From: the human T2T-CHM13v2.0 reference genome, Homo sapiens
NCBI RefSeq assembly: GCF_009914755.1
Contig: NC_060948.1
Reading direction: 5' to 3' (one strand)
DNA: 64,000 bases
The notes below the pieces were generated by a model. The model did not search any database. It was not told the DNA's origin and saw only the letters and a program-made list of their open reading frames with translations. A program made the translations under genes and the position numbers. Below are positions 39,101-52,766 of the stretch, one piece after another. Numbering within the stretch: the stretch's first letter is position 1; the number at the start of each line of letters is the position of its first letter.

Positions 39101-41689
39101 ATGATATCGAATGGAATGGAATGGAATGGAATGGACTCGAATGGAATGTACTCAAATGTATTAGAATAGAATGGAATGGAACTAAACGTAATGAACTCGA
39201 ATGGAATGGACACAAATAGAATGGAAGAGAAAGGAATGGTATTGAATGGAATTTATTCGAATAGAATGGAATTCAATGGAATGCAACAGTGTGGCATGGA
39301 ATCCAATGGAATGGAATCGAATGGAATGGACCCGAGTGGAATGGACTCACATAGAACAGCCTCGAATGTAATGGATGACAATGTATTAGATTCGAAAGGA
39401 CTGAAATCGAATGGAATGTAATCAAATAGAACGGAATTGAATGCATGGAATGGCATAGAAAGTAATGCAATGGAATGGAATAGACTGGAATGGAATGGAA
39501 TCGGATGGAATGTAATGAAATGTAATGGAAGGAATGCCATGGAATGGAATGGAATGGAATGCAATGGGACGGTGTATAATGGAGTGCAATGGATTTTAGT
39601 GGAATGTAGTCCAAAGGAATGAAATAGAATGGAATTCAATATAATGGAATGGCATCCAATGGCAAGGAATGGAGCGGACTCCAATGGAAACGACATGAAA
39701 GGAATATAATATAATGGAATGGCATTGAACGAAATGGAATGCAATGGGATTAAAAGGTAAAATATCGAATGGAAAAGAATTGAATGGACTCGAATGGAAT
39801 ATAATGGAATGGAATGGACTCGAATGGAATGTACTAGAGTTGAATGGAATCGAATGGAATGGAAAACAATGGAAAGGAAAGGAAGGGAATTGAAAGGAAA
39901 GGAATAGAATGGAATGGAATCGGATGGAACAGAATTGAATGGAATGGAAACTAAAGGAATAGAATAGAAAGAAATGGCATTGAATGGAATGGAAATGAAT
40001 GGAATCAGATGGAACAGAAAGGAATGGAATGGCATCGAATGGATTGGAATGGAATGTAATGGAATGGAATGGAAAGGAATGGAATGGACTCAAATGGAAT
40101 GTACTCAAATGGAATAGAATAGAATGGAATTGAAGTAAATATAATGGACTCGAGTGGAATGGAATGGAATAAATTGGAATTGAATGTATTGGATTCGAAA
40201 GGAAAGGAATGGAATGGAATGGAATGGAATGGAATAGAATGGAATGGATTCGAATGGAATGGAACGAATTGGAATGTAATTGAATGGAGTCGAAAACAGT
40301 AGCAAGAAAAGAAGTTTAATCGAACGATATCGAATGGAATTGAATGGAATGTACGCGAACGGAATGGACTGGAATGGAATGGAATGACATGTAATGGAAT
40401 CGAAAGGAATGGAATCGAATGAAATGGAATTGAATGGAATAGAAAGGAATAGAATGGAATGGAGTTTAATGGAAAGATATTAAAGGTAATGGAATGGAAT
40501 TGAGTGGACACAAATGGAATGGAATGGAATGGAAAGGACTCGAATGAAATGGACCACATTAGAATGGAGTCGAATGGAACGGATTGGTGTGGAATGATCT
40601 CGAATGGATTGGAAACGAATGGAATGGAAAAGAATAGAATGGAATGTAATCAAATGGAACGAAATGGAATGGAATGGATTCGACTGGAACAGAATTGAAT
40701 GGAGTGGAGTTGAATGGAATGGAATGCAATCGAATGGAATGGACACGAATGGAATAGAATGAAATGAAATGGCATAGAATGGAATGGAATCAATGGAATG
40801 GAATGGAATGGAATGGAATGGCATGGAATGAAATGGATTGGAATGGGATGGGCCCAAAACTAATGGACTCAAATAAAAGGGACTCAAGCAGAATGAATTG
40901 TAAAGAAACGGTCTCGAATGTAATTTATTCGAATAGAATGATATTGAATGGAATGCAATAGTATGGAATGGTATCGAATAGAATGGAATGGAATGCACCG
41001 GAATGGAATGCATTTGAACGGACTCAAATGCAATAAATTGCAATATACTTGATTCAAATGGAATGAAATCGAATAGAATGTAAACAAATGGAATGGAAGG
41101 CAATGCAATGGAAAGGAATCGAATGAAATGGAATAAATGGGATGGAATCGAATGGAAAGGACGCGAATATAATGGACTGTTAAGGAAAGGTCTCGAATCG
41201 AATTTATTCCAATAGAATGGAATCGAATGGAATGCAATACTATTGAATCGAATCGAATGGAATGGAATTGAATGGAATGGACAGGAATGGAATGAACTGG
41301 AAGTGAATGGACAAGAACGTAATATATTGCAATGTAATTTATTCAAATGGAATGGAAAGCAATCGAATGGAATGGACGCGATTGCAATGGACTGGAGTGG
41401 AATGGACTGAAATGGAATGGAAACGAATGTAATGGAATGGAACGGAAAGCAAAGGAATCTACCGGAATGGAATCGAACGGAACAGAAAGGAATGGAATGG
41501 AATGGAGTGGAATGGACTCGAATGGAATGTATTCGAATGCAATGTAATGGACCTGAAAGGAATGTAATCCAATGGAATGGAATTGAATGGAATCAAAAGG
41601 AATAGAAAGGAATAGAGTGTAATTGAATGATATCGAATGGAAGGGAATGGAATGAAGTCGAATGGAATGCACTGGAATGGAATGGACTC
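36195..41689 (+). repeat. 5.5-kb HOR unit U5 (5495 bp)
   Basis: Landmark spacing. Sister of U4. Confidence 0.9.
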
Positions 41690-44600
41690 GATCAGAACGG
41701 ACTGGAGAGGAATGTACACAAATGGAATGGAAACGAATGGAATGGAATGAAATGGAATGGAATGCAACGGAATTGAAAGGAACGGAATCAAATGGAATGG
41801 AATGGAATGGAATGGATTGGAATAGAATGGATTCAAATAAAATAGAATCGATTGGAATGGTATTGAATGGAAGGGACTTGAATGGAATGGAAAGCAATGG
41901 AAGATATTGGAATCGAATGGCATCGAATGAAATGGAATGGAATGGAGTGGAACGGACCCGAGTGGAATGGAATGGACTCAAATGTAATGGACTCGAATGG
42001 AATCGACTGAAATATAATAGACTCGAAAGGAATGGCCTCCAGCGGAATTTATTTGAATAGAATGGAATCAAATGGAATATAATAGTATTGAATGGAATCG
42101 AATGGAATGTAATCGAATGGAATGTAATCAAATGGAATGGAACGGAATTCAATATAATGGAGTAGAATGGAATGCATTGGAAAGGAGCAGAGTGGAATCG
42201 AGTGGATTGGAATCGAGTGGAATGGAATCAAAGGGAACGAAATCGAATTGAATGGACTCGAAAGGAATTGACTAGAAAGGAATGGACTGCAACAAAAAGG
42301 AATCAAAAGGACAGGAATGGAATGGAATGAACTCGAAAGGAATGGAGTCAAATGCAAACGCATCGAATGGAATAGATTCAAATGGAATGCAATTGAATGC
42401 AATAGAAAGGAAGAGAATGGAATTGAGAGTATTGGAAAGATATCGTTTGGAATGAAATGGAATGGAAAGGAATTGAATGGAAAGGAATGGACTCGAAAGA
42501 AATGGATTGGAATGGAATGGTCTCCAATGGAATGGACTGGAGTGGAATGGAATCGAATGGAATGAAAAGAATGGAACGGAATGGAACGGAAAGGAATAGA
42601 ATGTTATGGAATCCGATTGGACAGAATGGAAGGGAATGCAGTTTCATGAAATGGAGTCCAAGAGAGTGGCATCAAAAGGAATGGAATGGAGTGGAGTGGA
42701 CTCAAAAGGAATGGACTCGAAAGGAATGGAGTCGAACCAAATTGAATCAAATGGATTGGAGTCGAACAGAATGGAATGGAATGGAATGAACTCGACTGGA
42801 GTAGAGAGGAACGTAAAGGAATAGAATGGAATGTAATCAAATGGATTGCAAGTGAATGTAATCAAAAATAATAGAAAGGAATGGAGTGTAAAGGGATGAT
42901 ATTGAATAAAATGGAATGGAATGGAACTTAATGGAATGGAGTCGAAGGAATGGACAGGAATGTAATGGACTCCAATGGAATGGAATGGATCAAAATGGAT
43001 TTGAACAGATTGGAATCGAACGGAATGGAATGCAATGGAATGGAATGGACTCGAACGGAGAAGAGACAAATGGAATGGAAACGAATTCAATGGAATTGAA
43101 AAGAATAGAATGGAATGGCCTGTAATGGTAAGATGCTAAATGGAATGGAATTGAATGGAATGTAGTGGAATGGACCCAAATGTAATGCACTCGAATGGAA
43201 TATACTCAAATAGAATGGAATCGAAAGGAAAGGTCTCAAATGGAATTTATTCAATACAATGGAATCGAATGGAATGCAATAGAATGGAAAGGAATCGAAT
43301 GTAATGGAATCAAATAGAATGGACCAGAATGGAATGGACTGCCATAGAACGGACTGCAGTGTAATGGATTTAAATCTAATTCATTCAAATGGAATGGAAT
43401 TGAATGGAATGGAATCCAATGGAATGGATAGGATTGTACTGGAATGGAATAGCATGGAATGCAACGGAGTGGAATGGAGTTGAATGAAGTGGAATGGAAT
43501 CGATTGGAATGGAATCAAATGGAATGGACGTGAATGGAATGGACTGGAAGAGAACAGACTCGAATATAATGGATTGCAATGTAATTGATTCAAATGGAAT
43601 GGAATCGAATGGAATGTAATAAAATTGAAGGGATTGGAGTTCAATGCAATGAAATAGAATGGAATGCAAAGGAAAGGAAAGGCACGGAGTGAAATCGAGT
43701 GTAATGGAATCGAATGGAATGAAATCGAATGGAATGGACTCAAAAGAAATGGACGAGGGACAAAACGGAATCGAACTGATTGGAATCGAATGGAACGGAA
43801 TGTAATGGAATGGTCTCCATTGTATGGGAGTAGAACGGATAGGAATGAAATGGAATGGAAAGGAATAGAATGGAATGGAAAGGAATGGAAGGTAATGGAA
43901 AGATATCGAACGGATTGGAAAGGAATGGAATGGACGCTAATGGAATGGAATGGAATTCAACAGAAACGAATGGAATGGACTGGAGTGAAATGGAGTCGAA
44001 TGTAATTGACTGGAGAGGAATGGACTCGAAAGGAATGGACTCGAATAGAATGGACTGGAATGGATTGTACTCGAATGGAGTGGAAAGGAATAAAATGGAT
44101 TCCACCAGATTTGAATGGAACAGAATGTAATGCAATGGAATGGAATGCAATGGAATGGCTCGAATGGAATGGAGTCGAATGCAATGGAAGAGAAAGGAAA
44201 GGAATTGAATGGAATTGAAAGTAATAGAATTAAATGGAGTGCAAAGGAAAGATATCGAATGGAATGGATTGAAAAGAAATAGAATGGAATGGACAGGAAT
44301 GGAATGGAATAGACTGGCGTGCAATGAAAACGAATGGAATGGAAACGAATGGAATGGAATGGAAAGGAATGGAGTAGAATAAATACTATGGAATGGAATG
44401 GAATGGAATGGAATGGAAAGGAATGGAGGCGAAAGGAAAAGAATGGATTGGAATGTCACCGAATGGAAAGATATGGAATGGAAAGGAATGGATACGAATG
44501 TAATGGAATAGAAAGGAAGGGAAAGGTAAAGAATGGAATGGAATCGGATAGAATGGAATGCAATATAATGGAGTCGAATGGAAAATAATCGAGTAGAATG

Positions 44601-47230
44601 ATATCGAATGGTATGGAATTTAATGGAATGGAATGGAATGGAATGGAATGGAATGGAATGGACTCGAATGGAATGTACTCAAATCGATTAGAATATAATG
44701 GAATGGAACTAAATGTAATGAACTCGAATGGAATGGACACAAATAGAATGGAAGGGAAAGGAATGGTATTGAATGGAATGTATTCGAATAGAATGGAATT
44801 CAATGGAATGCAACAGTGTGGCATGGAATCAAATGGAATGGAATCGAATGGAATGGACCCGAGTGGAATGGACTCATAGAACAGCCTCGAATGTAATGGA
44901 TTACAATGTATTAGATTTGAAAGGACTGAAATCGAATGGAATGTAATCAAATAGAACGGAATTGAATGCATGGAATGGCATAGAAAGTAAAGCAATGGAA
45001 TGGAATAGACTGGAATGGAATGGAATCGGATGGAATGTAATGAAATGTAATGGAAGGAATGCCATGGAATGGAATGGAATGGAATGCAATGGGACGGTGT
45101 ATAATGGAGTGCAATGGATTTCAGTGGAATGAAGTCAAAAGGAATGAAATAGAATGGAATTCAATATAATGGAATGGCATCCAATGGCAAGGAATGGAGC
45201 GGACTCCAATGGAAACGTCATGAAAGGACTATAATAAAATGGAATGGCATTGAACGAAATGGAATGCAATGGAGTTAAAAGGTAAAATATCGAATGGAAA
45301 AGAATTGAATGGACTCGAATGGAATATAATGGAATGGAATGGACTCGAATGGAATGTACTAGAGTTGAATGGAATCGCATGGAATGGAAAACAATGGAAA
45401 GGAAAGGAAGGGAATTGAAAGTAAAGGAATAGAATGGAATGGAATCGGATGGAACGGAATTGAATGTAATGGAAACTAAAGGAATAGAATAGAAAGGAAT
45501 GGCATTGAATGGAATGGAAAGGAATGGAATCAGATGGAACAGAAAGGAATGGAATAGAATCGAATGGAATGGCATCGAATGGTTTGGAATGGAATGTAAT
45601 GGAATGGAATGGAAAGGAATGGAATGGACTCAAATGGAATGTACTCAAATGGAATAGAATAGAATGGAATGGAAGTAAATATAATGGACTCGAGTGGAAT
45701 GGATTGGAATAAATTGGAATTGAATGTATTGGATTCGAATGGAAAGGAATGGAATGGAATGGAATGGAATGGATTCGAATGGAATGGAACGAATTGGAAT
45801 GTAATTGAATGGAGTCGAAAACAGTAGAAAGAAAAGAAGTTTAATCGAATGATATCGAATGGAATTGAATGGAATGTAGGCGAATGGAATGGACTGGAAT
45901 GGAGTGGAGTGACATGTAATGGAATCGAAAGGAATGGAATCGAATGAAATGGAATTGAATGGAATAGAAAGGAATAGAATGGAATGGAGTTTAATGGAAA
46001 GATATTAAAAGTAATGGAATGGAATTGAGTGGACACGAATGGAATGGACTGGAATGTAAAGGACTCGAATGAAGTGGACCGCATTAGAATGGACTCGAAT
46101 GGAATGGATTGGAGTGGAATGGCCTTTAATGGATTGGAAACGAATGGAATGGAAAGGAATAGAATGGAATGTAATCAAATGGAACGAAATGGAATGGAAT
46201 GGATTCGACTGGAACAGAACTGAATGTAGTGGAATTGAGTGGAATGGAATGCAATCGAATGGAATGGACATGAATGGAATAGAATGAAATGAAATGGCAA
46301 TGAATGGAATGGAATGGAATGGAATGGAATGGCATGGCATGGAATGGAATGGAATGGCATGGAATGAAATTGATTGGAATGGGATGGGCCCAAAAGTAAT
46401 GGACTCACAGAAAAGGGACTCAAATAGAATGAATTGGAAAGAAACGGTCTCGAATGTAATTTATTCGAATAGAATGATATTGAATGGAATGCGATAGTAT
46501 GGAATGGTATTGAATAGAATGGAATAGAATGGAATGGAATGGAACGGAATGGAGTGCATTTGAACGGACTCCAATGCAACAAATTGCAATATAATTGATT
46601 CAAATGGAATGGAATCGAATAGAATGTAAACAAATGAAATGGAAGGCAATGCAATGGAAAGGAATCGAATGAAATGGAATAAATGGGATGGAATCGAATG
46701 GAAAGGAAGCGAATATAATGGACTGTTAAGGAAAGGTCTCGAATCGAATTTATTCCAATAAAATGGAATCGAACGGAATGCAAAACTGTTGAATCGAATC
46801 GAATGGAATAGAATTGAATGGAATGGACAGGAATGGAATGAACTGGAAGTGAATGGAAAAGAACGTAATATAGTGCAATGTAATTTATTCAAATGGAATG
46901 GAATGCAATCGAATGGAATGGACTCGATTGGAATGGACTGGAGTGGAATGGACTGAAATGGAATGGAAAGGAATGTAATGGAATGGAACAGAAAGCAAAG
47001 GAATCTACTGGAATAGAATCGAACGGAACAGAAAGGAATGGAATGGAATGGAGTGGAATGGACTCGAATGGAATGTATTCGAATGTAATGGACCGGAAAG
47101 GAATGGAATCCAATGGAATGGAATTGAATGGAATCAAAAGGAATAGAAAGGAATAGAGTGTAATTGAATGATATCGAATGGAAGGAAATGGAATGAACTC
47201 GAATGGAATGCACTGGAATGGAATGGACTC
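41690..47230 (+). repeat. 5.5-kb HOR unit U6 (5541 bp), transitional or mosaic between left and right subgroups
   Basis: Landmark spacing. U5-like variants early (AATGCAACGGAATTG) and right-group variants later (GACTCATAGAAC, GAATCGCATGG). Confidence 0.88.
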
Positions 47231-50200
47231 GATCAGAACGGACTGGAGAGGAATGTACACAAATGGAATGGAAACGAATGGAATGGAACGAAAAGGAATG
47301 GAATGCAATGGAATTGAAAGGAACGGAATCAAATGGAATGGAATGGATTGGAATAGAATGGATTCAAATAAAATAGAATCGATAGGAATGGTATTGAATG
47401 GAAGGGACTTGAATGGAATGGAAATCAATGGAAGATATTGGAATCGAATGGCATCGAATGAAATGAAATGGAACGGAATGGAACGGACCCGAATGGAACG
47501 GAATGGACTCAAATGTAATGGACTCGAATGGAATCTACTGAAATATAATAGACTCGAAAGGAATGGCCTCCAGCGGAATTTATTTGAATAGAATTGAATC
47601 AAATGGAATACAAGAGTATTGAATGGAATCGAATGGAATGGAATCGAATGGAATGGAACGGAATTCAATATAATGGAGTAGAATGGAATGCATTGGAAAG
47701 GAGCAGAGTGGAATCGAGTGGAATGGAATCGAGTGGAATGGAATCAAAGGGAACGAAATCGAATTGAATGGACTTGAATGGAATTGACTCGAAAGGAATT
47801 GACTCGAAAGGAATGGACTGGAACAAAAAGGAATGAAATGGACAGGAATGGAATGGAATGGACTCGAATGGAATGGAGTCAAATGCAAACGCATCGAATG
47901 GAATGGATTCAAATGGAATGCAATTGAATGGAATAGAAAGGAAGAGAATGGAATTGAGAGTAATGGAAAGATATCGATTGGAATGAAATGGAATGGAAAG
48001 GAATTGAATGGAAAGGAAGGGACTCGAAAGAAATGGATTGGAATGGAATGGTCTCCAATGGAATGGACTGGAGTGGAATGGAATCGAATGGAATGAAAAG
48101 AATGGAACGGAATGGAACGGAAAGGAATAGAATGTTATGGAATCCGATTGGACAGAATGGAATGGAATGGACTTTCATGAAATGGAGTCGGATAGAGTGG
48201 CATCAAAAGGAATGGAATGGAATGCAGTGGACTCAAAAGGAACGGACTCGAAAGGAATGGCGTCGAAGCAAATTGAATCAAATGGATTGGAGTCGAACAG
48301 AATGGAATGGAATGGAATGAACTCGACTGGAGTAGAGAGGAATGTAAAGGAATAGAATGGAATGTAATCAAATGGATTGCAAGTGAATGGAATCAAAAAT
48401 AATAGAAAGGAATGGAGTGTAAAGGGATGATATTGAATAAAATGGAATGGAATGGAATTTAATCGAATGGAGTCGAAGGAATGGACAGGAATGTAATGGA
48501 CTCCAATGGAATGGAATGGATGAAATTGGATTTGAACAGATTGGAATCGAACGGAATGGAATGCAATGGAATGGAATGGACTCGAATGGAGAAGAGACAA
48601 ATGGAATGGAAACGAATTCAATGGAATTGAAAAGAATAGAATGGAATGGACTGTAATGGTAAGATACTAAATGGAATGGAATTGAATGGAATGTAGTGGA
48701 ATGGACCCAAATGTAATGCACTCGAATGGAATATACTCAAATAGAATGGAATCAAAAGGAAAGGTCTCAAATGGAATTTATTCAATACAATGGAATCGAA
48801 TGGAATGCAATAGAATGGAAAGGAATCGAATGTAATGGAATCAAATAGAATGGACCAGAATGGAATGGACTGCCATAGAACGGACTGCAGTGTAATGGAT
48901 TGAATTCTAATTCATTCAAATGGAATGGAATTGAATGGAATGGAATCCAATGGAATGGATAGGATTGTACTGGAATGGAATAGCATGGAATGCAACGGAG
49001 TGGAATGGAGTTGAATGAAGTGGAATGGAATCGATTGGAATGGAATCAAATGGAATGGACGGGAATGGAATGGACTGGAAGAGAACAGACTCGAATACAA
49101 TGGATTGCAATGTAATTGATTCAAATGGAATGGAATCGAATGGAATGTAATAAAATTGAAGGGATTGGAGTTCAATGCAATGGAATAGAATGGAATGCAA
49201 AGGAAAGGAAAGGCACGGAGTGAAATCGAGTGTAATGGAATCGAATGGAATGAAATCGAATGGAATGGACTCAAAAGAAATGGACGAGGGACAAAACGGA
49301 ATCAAACTGATTGGAATGGAATGGAACGGAATGGAATGGAATGGTATCCATTGGAAGGGAGTAGAACGGATTGGAATGGAATGGAATGAAATGGAATGGA
49401 AAGGAATAGAATGGAATGGAAAGGAATGGAAGGTAATGGAAAGATTTCGAACGGATTGGAAAGGAATGGAATAGACGCTAATGGAATGGAATGGAATTCA
49501 ACAGAAACGAATGGAATGGACTGGAGTGAAATGGAGTCGAATGTAATTGACTGGAGAGGAATGGGCTCGAAAGGAATGGACTCGAATAGAATGGACTGGA
49601 ATGGATTGTACTCGAATGGAGTGGAAAGGAATAAAATGGATTCCACCAGATTTGAATGGAACAGAATGTAATGCAATGGAATGGAATGCAATGGAATGGC
49701 TCGAATGGAATGGAGTCGAATGCAATGGAAGAGAAAGGAAAGGAATTGAATGGAATTGAAAGTAATAGAATTAAATGGAGTGCAAAGGAAAGATATCGAA
49801 TGGAATGGACGGAAAAGAAATAGAATGGAATGGACAGGAATGGAATGGAATAGACTGGCGTGCAATGAAAACGAATGGAATGGAAACGAATGGAATGGAA
49901 TGGAAAGGAATGGAGTAGAATAAATACTATGGAATGGAATGGAATGGAATGGAATGGAAAGGAATGGGGGCGAAAGGAAAAGAATGGATTGGAATGTCAC
50001 CGAATGGAAAGATATGGAATGGAAAGGAATGGATACGAATGGAATGGAATAGAAAGGAAGGGAAAGGTAAAGAATGGAATGGAATCGGATAGAATGGAAT
50101 TAAATAGAATGGAGTCGAATGGAAAATAATCGAGTAGAATGATATCGAATGGAATGGAATTTAATGGAATGGAATGGAATGGAATGGACTCGAATAGAAT

Positions 50201-52766
50201 GTACTCAAATCGATTTGAATAGAATGGAATGGAACTAAACGTAATGAACTCGAATGGAATGGACAGAAATAGAATGGAAGAGAAAGGAATCGTATTGAAT
50301 GGAATGTATTCGAATAGAATGGAATTCAATGGAATGCAACAGTGTGGCATGGAATCAAATGGAATGGAATCGAATGGAATGGACCCGAGTGGAATGGACT
50401 CATAGAACAGCCTCGAATGTAATGGATTACAATGTATTAGATTTGAAAGGACTGAAATCGAATGGAATGTAATCAAATAGAACGGAATTGAATGCATGGA
50501 ATGGCATAGAAAGTAATGCAATGGAATGGAATAGACTGGAATGGAATGGAATCGGATGGAATGTAATGAAATGTAATGGAAGGAATGCCATGGAATGGAA
50601 TGGAATGGAATGCAATGGGACAGTGTATAATGGAGTGCAATGGATTTCAGTGGAATGTAGTCCAAAGGAATGAAATAGAATGGAATTCAATATAATGGAA
50701 TGGCATCCAATGGCAAGGAATGGAGCGGACTCCAATGGAAACGACATGAAAGGACTATAATATAATGGAATGGCATTGAACGAAATGGAATGCAATGGAG
50801 TTAAAAGGTAAAATATCGAATGGAAAAGAATTGAATGGACTCGAATGGAATATAATGGAATGGAATGGACTCGAATGGAATGTACTAGAGTTGAATGGAA
50901 TCGCATGGAATGGAAAACAATGGAAAGGAAAGGAAGGGAATTGAAAGTAAAGGAATAGAATGGAATGGAATCGGATGGAACGGAATTGAATGGAATGGAA
51001 ACTAAAGGAATAGAATAGAAAGGAATGGCATTGAATGGAATGGAATAGAATGGAATCAGACGGAACAGAAAGGAATGGAATAGAATCGAATGGAATGGCA
51101 TCGAATGGTTTGGAATGGAATGTAATGGAATGGAATGGAAAGGAATGGAATGGACTCAAATGGAATGTACTCAAATGGAATAGAATAGAATGGAATGGAA
51201 GTAAATATAATGGACTCGAGTGGAATGGATTGGAATAAATTGGAATTGAATGTATTGGATTCGAATGGAAAGGAATGGAATGGAATGGAATGGAATGGAT
51301 TCGAATGGAATGGAACGAATTGGAATGTAATTGAATAGAGTCGAAAACAGTAGAAAGAAAAGAAGTTTAATCGAATGATATCGAATGGAATTGAATGGAA
51401 TATAGGCGAATGGAATGGACTGGAATGGAGTGGAGTGACATGTAATGGAATCGAAAGGAATGGAATCGAATGAAATGGAATTGAATGGAATAGAAAGGAA
51501 TAGAATGGAATGGAGTTTAATGGAAAGATATTAAAAGTAATGGAATGGAATTGAGTGGACACGAATGGAATGGACTGGAATGTAAAGGACTCGAATGAAG
51601 TGGACCGCATTAGAATGGACTCGAATGGAATGGATTGGAGTGGAATGGTCTTTAATGGATTGGAAACGAATGGAATGGAAAGGAATAGAATGGAATGTAA
51701 TCAAATGGAACGAAATGGAATGGAATGGATTCGACTGGAACAGAACTGAACGTAGTGGAATTGAGTGGAATGGAATGCAGTCGAATGGAATGGACAGGAA
51801 TGGAATAGAATGAAATGAAATGGCATGGAATGGAATGGAATGGAATGGAATGGAATGGAATGGAATGGCATGGCTTGTAATGGAATGGAATGGCATGGAA
51901 TGAAATTGATTGGTATGGGATGGGCCCAAAAGTAATGGACTCACAGAAAAGGGACTCAAATAGAATGAATTGGAAAGAAACGGTCTCGAATGTAATTTAT
52001 TCGAATAGAATGATATTGAATGGAATGCGATAGTATGGAATGGTATTGAATAGAATGGAATAGAATGGAATGGAATGGAACGGAATGGAGTGCATTTGAA
52101 CGGACTCCAATGCAACAAATTGCAATATAATTGATTCAAATGGAATGGAATCGAATAGAATGTAAACAAATGAAATGGAAGGCAATGCAATGGAAAGGAA
52201 TCGAATGAAATGGAATAAATGGGATGGAATCGAATGGAAAGGACGCGAATATAATGGACTGTTAAGGAAAGGTCTCGAATCGAATTTATTCCAATAGAAT
52301 GGAATCGAACGGAATGCAATACTGTTGAATCGAATCGAATGGAATGGAATTGAATGGAATGGACAGGAATGGAATGAACTGGAAGTGAATGGAAAAGAAC
52401 GTAATATAGTGCAATGTAATTTATTCAAATGGAATGGAATGCAATCGAATGCAATGGACTCGATTGGAATGGACTGGAGTGGAATGGACTGAAACGGAAT
52501 GGAAAGGAATGTAATGGAATGGAACGGAAAGCAAAGGAATCTACTGGAATAGAATCGAATGGAACAGAAAGGAATGGAATGGAATGGAGTGGAATGGACT
52601 CGAATGGAATGTATTCGAATGTAATGGACCGGAAAGGAATGGAATCCAATGGAATGGAATTGAATGGAATCAAAAGGAATAGAAAGGAATAGAGTGTAAT
52701 TGAATGATATCGAATGGAAGGAAATGGAATGAAGTCGAAAGGAATGCACTGGAATGGAATGGACTC
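47231..52766 (+). repeat. 5.5-kb HOR unit U7 (5536 bp)
   Basis: Landmark spacing. GGACTTTCATG and GGCGTCGAAGC shared with U8 and U9. Confidence 0.9.
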
